Assembly (NCBI GenBank): GCA_964386485.1
Contig: CAYLTH010000006.1
Location: forward strand, 8,610 to 43,744
From: an uncultured Bacteroidales bacterium
GTDB lineage: Bacteria; Bacteroidota; Bacteroidia; Bacteroidales; CAIXZF01
Length of the DNA stretch: 35,135 nt
Direction of reading: 5' to 3'
Below are positions 28,349-35,135 of this stretch, in pieces (position 1 is the stretch's first letter; each line of letters opens with the position of its first letter). Below the pieces are notes generated by a model. That model worked only from the letters and a program-made list of their open reading frames with translations, ran no database searches and was not told the DNA's origin. The translations under genes and the position numbers were made by a program.

Positions 28349-30190
28349 ATGAAAAAAATAATTCTACTCTCAATAGTAATCTTGTTTGGATTCGGAATCC
28401 ATGCTCAGCAGGCTTCCTTTAAAATTCATCCAAAATTGAATCAGGCAGTTAAACGACCAGGCCTGAATGCAACAGAAGTTGCTCCGATCATCCCTGCTAT
28501 GATCCCGAATCGCACCGTTGCGGCAGCACCTACAGAAAATGTGATCGGAACAACCCGCTATGACTTACCCTCTAATCAGGCTACCCAAAACCGGCTTTAT
28601 CGTTTTCCGGATGGTACCATTGGTGCCACCTGGACCTTTGGCCTGGTTGATCCGGGTTTCGCCGATCGCGGAACCGGGTATAATTATTTTGACGGCACTT
28701 CCTGGGGCCCAAACCCCACGCAGCGCATCGAAAGTATCCGTACGGGTTGGCCTTCTTATGTTCCCTATGGAGCGAATGGTGAAGCTGTACTGGCTCACGA
28801 TTTTGGCGTCGGAAACCTCACTCTGAGTAAACGCGATACCAAAGGAAGTGGAAGCTGGAATCAATCCGTTGTCAGCGCACCCGCTACCTGCCCGATTGCC
28901 TGGCCACGCATGATCAGCAGTGGTGTCAATCATGATCAGTTTCATCTCCTCGCTATTTCTAAACCTGTTGCCAGCGGAGGTTCTGTTTATGAAGGTCTCG
29001 ATGGTGCTATCCTGTACTCCAGATCTACCGATGGCGGACAAACCTGGGGTATTCAGAATGTTGTTCTTCCAGGCATGACTTCAACAGAATATGTTGGATT
29101 CGGTGGAGATACCTATACACTGGCTGAACCGAAAAATAATACCCTTGCTTTTGTTGTGGGTGATAACTGGAACGATTTGTTCCTGATGAAATCAACCGAC
29201 AATGGAACAACCTGGTCAAAAACAACCATCTTCGAACACCCGTATCCGATGTTTGTTGAATCCACAACACTGGTTACCGATACACCCACTGTTTGCGACG
29301 GTTCTGTAGCGGTGGCACTCGATAATTCGGGTAAAGCCCATGTATTCTTTGGACTGATGCGGGTTTTGAATGATGATCTGACCGATGGAACAACTTCATA
29401 TTTCCCGTATTCAGATGGTTTGGCGTATTGGAACGAAGACATGCCCACTTTCCCAACCCTGAATTTTGACACGCTTTTCAACAATGATCAGATTGTAGGC
29501 TATGTTCAGGATATCAACGGCAATGATACAATTATGGAGTTTGTCGATATCGGAGTGTACTTTTTGTCATTGACCAGCATGCCAAATGCAACCATCGATG
29601 AAAACAATGATATTTACCTTGTTTTCACTTCAGTTATGGAAAATCTCGATAACGGGAACCAAAATTACCGGCATATCTGGACCCGCGCTTCCTTTGATGA
29701 AGGAGCAACCTGGACCGGTTTTCAGGATCTGACGGGTAGCATTATTCATAATTTTGATGAATGTGTTTTTCCTTCAATTTCGCCAACCTCAGGAATCAAT
29801 TTTCTCATGCTTTTTCAGGCAGATGAAGAACCTGGTCTTGCAGTAAGAGGGGATGAGGATCCCTATACCGATAATTCGATGATTCTGTCAACGGTGACCA
29901 AATGGGTTTCCATCAATGAGTTGCCGGATCAGAATCTGTCTGTTTCCGAATTGTTCCCAAATCCTGCATCGAATCAGGTTTCTCTTTCTATGCACCTGGA
30001 TATAGCTGCTAAAGTTGAAATCAATACCGTTAACATGATGGGACAAAATGTGGGTACCGGATTCAATCAGCTTCTTGGTGCAGGTGATCACGTATTAAAC
30101 CTGAATCTGGATGGATTAACCCCGGGTGTCTATTTCTATACCATTCATTCCGAAGGGAATAAAATCAATCGGAAGCTTATTATTCAATAA
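28349..30190 (+). CDS. Secreted Asp-box/BNR-repeat protein with T9SS type A CTD (copy 4)
   Basis: Signal peptide IHA|Q. Asp-boxes SRSTDGGQTW, KSTDNGTTW, ASFDEGATW. CTD FPNPA...PGVYFYTI...RKLIIQ. Starts 8 nt after copy 3. Confidence 0.9.
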   Translation: MKKIILLSIVILFGFGIHAQQASFKIHPKLNQAVKRPGLNATEVAPIIPAMIPNRTVAAAPTENVIGTTRYDLPSNQATQNRLYRFPDGTIGATWTFGLVDPGFADRGTGYNYFDGTSWGPNPTQRIESIRTGWPSYVPYGANGEAVLAHDFGVGNLTLSKRDTKGSGSWNQSVVSAPATCPIAWPRMISSGVNHDQFHLLAISKPVASGGSVYEGLDGAILYSRSTDGGQTWGIQNVVLPGMTSTEYVGFGGDTYTLAEPKNNTLAFVVGDNWNDLFLMKSTDNGTTWSKTTIFEHPYPMFVESTTLVTDTPTVCDGSVAVALDNSGKAHVFFGLMRVLNDDLTDGTTSYFPYSDGLAYWNEDMPTFPTLNFDTLFNNDQIVGYVQDINGNDTIMEFVDIGVYFLSLTSMPNATIDENNDIYLVFTSVMENLDNGNQNYRHIWTRASFDEGATWTGFQDLTGSIIHNFDECVFPSISPTSGINFLMLFQADEEPGLAVRGDEDPYTDNSMILSTVTKWVSINELPDQNLSVSELFPNPASNQVSLSMHLDIAAKVEINTVNMMGQNVGTGFNQLLGAGDHVLNLNLDGLTPGVYFYTIHSEGNKINRKLIIQ

Positions 30191-30210
30191 AGAGCTCTTC
30201 GAATTATAAG

Positions 30211-30249
30211 AAAGGCTGATCTGGTTTATTCCGGGTCAGCCTTTTTTTT
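30211..30249 (+). terminator. Intrinsic terminator after copy 4
   Basis: AAAGGCTGATCTGG-TTTATT-CCGGGTCAGCCTTTTTTTT hairpin with G-U pairs valid on the plus strand and a T8 tract. Confidence 0.88.
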
Positions 30250-30499
30250 CTTAAAACCATGTAACTTTTTTTTAAATCCTGCGTTAAGCAGGGGTTGCAG
30301 AAGTTATTAACAATCAGGTTTTGACTTTTTTGGCCTGTTTTTCCCCTTTTAGCCGGGTTTTGATCATTTTTTAATTTTGTATTTTATCTAAAATATTGAA
30401 TGACAATTAATTAACCTATCTACAAATTAAGATAGGATTTGTTTGTTGTTGTTTGTAAATTGGATACTTCACTTTGTCGAAAACCTTGTTATTATTGCG

Positions 30500-30507
30500 T
30501 AATTTTG
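30500..30507 (+). promoter_or_regulatory. Bacteroidota -7 element (TAATTTTG) for the Reelin-like protein gene
   Basis: TAnnTTTG match 40 nt upstream of ATG 30548, with TTTG at 30473-30476. Confidence 0.5.
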
Positions 30508-30547
30508 TGGCATGAGGTATGATATCCTTTAATATCAACATAAACGA

Positions 30548-32587
30548 ATGAGTAAAGTACGCAACATATTGATTTTAACCGGCAAAAATGCAGCACGCCT
30601 CTTCACACTGTGGCTGGTTAAGCTTCTTATGTTATGGTCTGTTCCTGCCTTCGGTCAGTCAAGTGTTTCCATTGTTGTTGATACGCTGGAGCCTGATACT
30701 GTTCATTTGTGTAAGGGTGATACCCTGCAGTTTAGCATTGTCGGGGATTACACTCTTATTAATAACAATTTTAATTCAGGTGAATTGGGATATGGCTGGA
30801 GCTATGTTACACCGGGCTTTATTTTTCAGGCCCCGTGTGATACCATTATGGCTGACTCATATTATCTCTGGTTTGGCGACCAGACACCAGTTGAGAGAAC
30901 GTTAACAACTCTCGACATGAATTTAACAGGTGGTGGGCAGGTTTCCTTTAGTTTAAAATTCGGTAAACAAGGTGATATACCTTCCTGTGAAGGCCCCGAT
31001 GAAGCCAGAGAAGGAGTTTCCCTGCAGTATTCTACTGATTTCGGATTAACCTGGCAAGATATTACTTACTATTGCCCGAATGGAACCACTATGGCTTCAA
31101 ACCCCGGAACTCAGTTGCCATTGACATACTTCCCGACTACCTTTTGCAATTGGAACCATTACACCTTTACAATACCCCTTGCTGCTCAGTCTCCCAACAC
31201 ACGCATCCGTTGGATACAAAATTATTGCAGCTATTATGATAATCACTTCGATGATAACTGGGGTCTCGATAATATCAAGGTTTCCAAAAATATCGGGCCG
31301 GATATACTTACCGGAACTTCCGGAGGAAATGCCGTCAATACTCCTTTTATTGCCGATTCAACCATCACTATCTATGCATGGATTATGACATCAACAGTTC
31401 CGCCTGATACAGCGGCTATTGATTCATTGGTTATTATTGTTCATGAATTGCCTGTTTCTATTATAAGTGGTAATGAACCGGTTTGTTTCGGAGATTCAAT
31501 TTCATTATCGGCTTCCGGGAATTCTGCATTATTTTGGAGCAATGGGCAGACCGGAACACCGATATCTTTTGTCCCTATTGCAACTCAGCAACTCATTCTG
31601 ACTGCTGAAAGTGAATTCGGATGCCGCAGTATTTATGCGACAGATATTGTTGTTTATCCGCTTCCGACTGCCATGGCTTCCAATGATTCAGTTTGCGAAG
31701 GATCTGCTGCCGTTCTGCTTGCTTCCGGAGGATCATCTTATTTATGGAGTAATGGACAAACTACTGCAGGAATCTCAATTCCCAATGCTCAACCTTCTTT
31801 GTTAACAGTTACAGTCACCGATGATAATGCCTGCAGCAACACTGCTTTTTCACATGTGTATGTACTTGCTGCTCCCGAACCCTCTCTTCCTGATGAATTT
31901 AGTGTTTGCTACGGCGATGAAGTGATCCTGAGTGTTGAGGGCTGGCCTGAATATTCATGGAGTAATGGAAGCCATTCATCTTCTGTTTCCTTTTACCCGC
32001 TTGGTACACAAACCTATTCTGTTACTGTAACAGACCCAAACGGCTGTATAAAATCAGATTCTGTCATTGTGTATGTAAGCCCGCGTTATCAGGTTAATGC
32101 ATATAGCGACCTGGATACAGTTTGCAGTGGTGAAAAGGTTGAACTCCATGCTACGGGTGGTTTAGACTACGAATGGAGCAACGGTAAACATTCGCCTGAC
32201 ATTGAAATAGTTGCAGACAATATTTCCCTCTATACGGTGACTATAACCAATGTTTTCAACGACCGGTATTGTTCTTCTGTGATTACAGTTCCCATTGAAA
32301 TTACCGACTGCTATAATCTCTATTTTGCCAATGCTTTTTCTCCAAAAGGTTATAATCCGATTTTTAAGCCGATTGGAGAATTGGGTGATGTCACAGATTA
32401 TTATTTTATCATTCTTGATCGTTGGGGAAATACCGTTTTTGAAACCAAAGACCCATATTCGGGTTGGGATGGTACCGATAAAGGCCAATTTGCTCCGGTT
32501 GGTGTGTACGTCTGGAAGGTGCAGTTTACCCTCAAAAATGCCCGCAGGATTTATGAAAAAATGGGTTCAGTGCTGATTGTTGAGTAA
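30548..32587 (+). CDS. T9SS type B CTD (gliding-motility-associated C-terminal domain) surface protein with Reelin-subrepeat-like domain and Ig-like repeats
   Basis: Signal peptide AFG|Q. Reelin-like domain at ~30755-31285, then four ~70-aa C-x-G...WSNG...C repeats. C-terminus NAFSP...DRWG..VFET......WDGT......GVYVW.V.......GSV.I is typical of type B CTDs. Confidence 0.88.
   Translation: MSKVRNILILTGKNAARLFTLWLVKLLMLWSVPAFGQSSVSIVVDTLEPDTVHLCKGDTLQFSIVGDYTLINNNFNSGELGYGWSYVTPGFIFQAPCDTIMADSYYLWFGDQTPVERTLTTLDMNLTGGGQVSFSLKFGKQGDIPSCEGPDEAREGVSLQYSTDFGLTWQDITYYCPNGTTMASNPGTQLPLTYFPTTFCNWNHYTFTIPLAAQSPNTRIRWIQNYCSYYDNHFDDNWGLDNIKVSKNIGPDILTGTSGGNAVNTPFIADSTITIYAWIMTSTVPPDTAAIDSLVIIVHELPVSIISGNEPVCFGDSISLSASGNSALFWSNGQTGTPISFVPIATQQLILTAESEFGCRSIYATDIVVYPLPTAMASNDSVCEGSAAVLLASGGSSYLWSNGQTTAGISIPNAQPSLLTVTVTDDNACSNTAFSHVYVLAAPEPSLPDEFSVCYGDEVILSVEGWPEYSWSNGSHSSSVSFYPLGTQTYSVTVTDPNGCIKSDSVIVYVSPRYQVNAYSDLDTVCSGEKVELHATGGLDYEWSNGKHSPDIEIVADNISLYTVTITNVFNDRYCSSVITVPIEITDCYNLYFANAFSPKGYNPIFKPIGELGDVTDYYFIILDRWGNTVFETKDPYSGWDGTDKGQFAPVGVYVWKVQFTLKNARRIYEKMGSVLIVE
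31439..32300 (+). repeat. Four tandem ~70-aa Ig-like protein repeats, each with two Cys
   Basis: VCFGDSISLSASG..LFWSNG..GC / VCEGSAAVLLASG..YLWSNG..AC / VCYGDEVILSVEG..YSWSNG..GC / VCSGEKVELHATG..YEWSNG..YC. Boundaries approximate. Confidence 0.8.
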
Positions 32588-32656
32588 TTATCCGGCATTT
32601 TCATCTCCGAAATTTGTACTTTTATACCTGAAATCCGCATTAAGGATCGAATTGCT

Positions 32657-35135
32657 ATGAAAGTTAAACGCATTGACTGGTTTCATACAGGCATCCAACG
32701 CCCAATCCTTCTTTTGGTTTGGATCGTGTTGCTTTTGTGCAATTTTCAACAGGCTAAGCCCCAAACCTATGGCAATGAATGGATTCATTACGATCAACCC
32801 TATTTCCGTTTTAAAGTATACAGTGATGGGATCTATAAACTGCATTATTCTACCCTGGATTCTGCACTTTCCCTGATTGGAATAGATGTTGACAACATAA
32901 ACCCGCAGTATTTTCAAATTTGGGGAAGAGGAGAGCAGCAATGCCTGTATATTGATTTGGGCTCTGATGGCACTTTTAACCAGAATGATTATATCAGTTT
33001 TTATGGAAAAAGAAATGATGGCTATTTTGATTCACTGGCATACCGGAATCCGAATGACCTTCTGAATCCTTTCACCAGTTTATTCAGTGATACCGCCATG
33101 TATTTCTTTTCATTCAATGCAGCCGCCACCAATTGCCGCATGACCAATGAGGTATACTTTAATTATAGCCAGTTTACACCCCTTAATTATGTTTGGGCCG
33201 TACGGAATACAGTGTTTAATGAATATTATGCAGCTGGCGAACGTTTTGCAACTACTGATCCATCAACAACCCTTGGCGATGCTGCCTACACCGGGGGCGA
33301 AGGATATACCGGGGCACGATTTTATCCAACATGGGAGCAAAACAGAACATTATCGCCTCCCGGACTTTATCTGCCCGGCCCTCCATCATTGCTTACATTC
33401 ACTGCTGTCGGTGGTTGTAACAGAGTAACCCCGACTCAGACGATACACCTTAAGGCCAATATTGGAAGTACGATTGTAATGGATTCTGTTTTTGATAATT
33501 ATAAAAGTGTCCGGTTCAAAAACAGAACTGTTTCAAATCAGGTTTTGAATTCAGTTTCTCAGATCACCTTTACCCATCTTTCCACAACCGGTCAGAATCT
33601 GCATGAATGGATTTCAATACCTTTTATCCAATTGAAATATCCGAGGCAGCTCAATTTTAACAATGCAGCTTCCGTTGCGTTTTCAATTCCTGATGGGTCT
33701 GCTACCGGGTATAATTATTTAAAGATCAGTAATATAAATATTACCGGGAATGATACTTTGCGTGTATATGATTTCAAAAATCAGCGCCGGATCAGGATGA
33801 TATCTGCATCAGGATTTTATCATGCCCTGGTGCCTGATATGCCTGGGGAGGAGAATTGTTATGTCGCCCCAGACAACTTAGCAATCCGTATTAAATCTTT
33901 AATCCCGGTTGGGAATCAGAGTGGCTATTTCCCCAATCTCAAGAACAGCCAGTTTCTTGCGGATGTAAACTACCTGATGATTACGAACGACTCACTCATG
34001 CCGGAGGCACTTGAATATGCCGCTTATCGTGAAACGGATGGATACCCTGAAACTTATAAACCGCTATTGTTAAATATTGATGACGTATATGATCAGTTTG
34101 CTCACGGCATTGATAAAAGCCCTGTTGCCATCCGCAATCTGGCCCGATTCGCCTGGAATACATTTCCTGTAAAACCTGAATTCCTTTTCCTTATCGGAAA
34201 ATCTTATACACCCGAAAGCTATCGGTTTAATAATCAATACAGGGAGGCTACCTTTGTGCCTGTATTCGGGTCACCACCATCCGACTGGTTATTTACCATG
34301 GGTTTGGAATTCCCCGATTCGGTAGCATTTCCGGTTGGCCGGCTAAGTGCATCAAAAACCGGTGAAGTCAGGGCTTATCTTGAAAAGGTAAAAGTATTTG
34401 AAGCCAAACAGAAAATCCCTTATGCCGGAAAGAAAAACATCCTGAATTTTGGAGGCGGAAGCAATGCCTTTGAACAGGATTTATTTAAATACTACCTGAA
34501 TAACTATACACAAAAGCTTGCTAAACCCTATTTTGGCGGGTATGTCCGGTCATTTTTCAAAACATCCCCGGAACCGGTCCAGATTAATCAAAGTCAGCAA
34601 TTACATGATATAATTGAAAAGGAAGGAATTTCTGTCCTGAATTATTTTGGACATGCCAGTGGTGTTAGTTTTGATCTGAGTATAGGCGACCCGGCTGATT
34701 TTGATAATGAAGGCAATTATTATTTTGTGCTGGCCAATTCCTGTTGGGCCGGCGATATTTTTGGATACCACAATGGTGTGAGCAGCGAAAGATACGTGTT
34801 GATTCCTGAAAAGGGTGCGATCGGATATCTGGCCTCTGTTACAGAAGGAGAACCTCCATTCCTCCATGCTTACTCAACCCGGTTTTATGACGCTTTATGC
34901 AAGATCAAATATGGGAAATCAATCGGGAATGTTGTTCAGCATACCATTAACAAAATTCTGTCAGATCCTGCCATGACAGCCTTCAGCTACCGCGAAGTTG
35001 CTCAGGAATTTTGTTTACATGCTGATCCTGCGATCATACTTAATCCCTCAGTTTTTCCTGATTATGACATAACTCCTTCACCCACAACACCCCAACGCAT
35101 CCTGTTTTCTCCTGCTGTAATCACTGCGGAAACGG
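32657..35135 (+). CDS. C25 family cysteine peptidase (PorU/gingipain-like; 3' end truncated by window edge)
   Basis: Translated by hand from ATG 32657: MKVKRIDWF..., signal peptide, QTYGNEWIHYDQPYFRFKVYSDGIY, FYGKRNDG, YDQFAHG, LFLIGKS, FGSPPSD..F, VGRLSA, NFGGG, catalytic-type LNYFGH (His codon 34652) and LANSC (Cys codon 34742) in the same frame, GAIGYLAS. No stop seen, so it is absent from the ORF track. Confidence 0.88.
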   Translation, partial: MKVKRIDWFHTGIQRPILLLVWIVLLLCNFQQAKPQTYGNEWIHYDQPYFRFKVYSDGIYKLHYSTLDSALSLIGIDVDNINPQYFQIWGRGEQQCLYIDLGSDGTFNQNDYISFYGKRNDGYFDSLAYRNPNDLLNPFTSLFSDTAMYFFSFNAAATNCRMTNEVYFNYSQFTPLNYVWAVRNTVFNEYYAAGERFATTDPSTTLGDAAYTGGEGYTGARFYPTWEQNRTLSPPGLYLPGPPSLLTFTAVGGCNRVTPTQTIHLKANIGSTIVMDSVFDNYKSVRFKNRTVSNQVLNSVSQITFTHLSTTGQNLHEWISIPFIQLKYPRQLNFNNAASVAFSIPDGSATGYNYLKISNINITGNDTLRVYDFKNQRRIRMISASGFYHALVPDMPGEENCYVAPDNLAIRIKSLIPVGNQSGYFPNLKNSQFLADVNYLMITNDSLMPEALEYAAYRETDGYPETYKPLLLNIDDVYDQFAHGIDKSPVAIRNLARFAWNTFPVKPEFLFLIGKSYTPESYRFNNQYREATFVPVFGSPPSDWLFTMGLEFPDSVAFPVGRLSASKTGEVRAYLEKVKVFEAKQKIPYAGKKNILNFGGGSNAFEQDLFKYYLNNYTQKLAKPYFGGYVRSFFKTSPEPVQINQSQQLHDIIEKEGISVLNYFGHASGVSFDLSIGDPADFDNEGNYYFVLANSCWAGDIFGYHNGVSSERYVLIPEKGAIGYLASVTEGEPPFLHAYSTRFYDALCKIKYGKSIGNVVQHTINKILSDPAMTAFSYREVAQEFCLHADPAIILNPSVFPDYDITPSPTTPQRILFSPAVITAET

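Noticed and set aside
22475-30190. Calling the BNR proteins sialidases
   Set aside because: Asp-boxes alone are not diagnostic, and no FRIP motif or recognisable Arg triad is present. RYP in copy 1 is too weak.
24521-30190. Recent duplication, assembly artefact, or DGR/shufflon-type variation in the paralog array
   Set aside because: Synonymous sites are widely diverged, no long identical DNA repeats were seen, and no reverse transcriptase, recombinase or invertible repeats were seen nearby.
32588-34867. Small ORFs 32588-32941, 32673-32876, 33147-33428, 34601-34867
   Set aside because: They overlap the long C25 peptidase frame and have no recognisable motifs.
1-35135. CRISPR arrays, tRNA/rRNA genes, IS elements, prophage or defence genes
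   Set aside because: None recognised. Intergenic gaps are short, and no regularly spaced repeats or transposase/integrase motifs were seen by eye.

Overview
Chromosomal window from a Bacteroidota bacterium, probably Bacteroidales-like. This is supported by TAnnTTTG promoters, a SusC/SusD pair, T9SS C-terminal domains and Gln at +1 after the signal peptides. The left part is housekeeping: ftsH (cut by the window edge and missed by the ORF track), rsfS, an OsmC protein, a THUMP RNA methyltransferase, priA and an ftsB-like gene. The middle holds a susC-susD-lipoprotein operon with no enzyme genes, an unusual histidine ammonia-lyase-family gene whose MIO motif is Ala-Cys-Gly instead of Ala-Ser-Gly, hisS, ettA, two GT4 glycosyltransferases and lptF, transcribed divergently from a YghO/ceramide-synthase-like GNAT gene. 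The right ~12.7 kb is a co-oriented cluster of secreted proteins: four tandem Asp-box/BNR proteins with type A T9SS CTDs (three are close paralogs), a type B CTD protein with a strikingly Reelin-subrepeat-like domain on an Ig-like stalk, and a C25 (PorU/gingipain-family) cysteine peptidase that runs off the end and is also missed by the ORF track. No rRNA, tRNA, CRISPR array or mobile element was recognised. All family calls come from motif recognition by eye; no database search was run.
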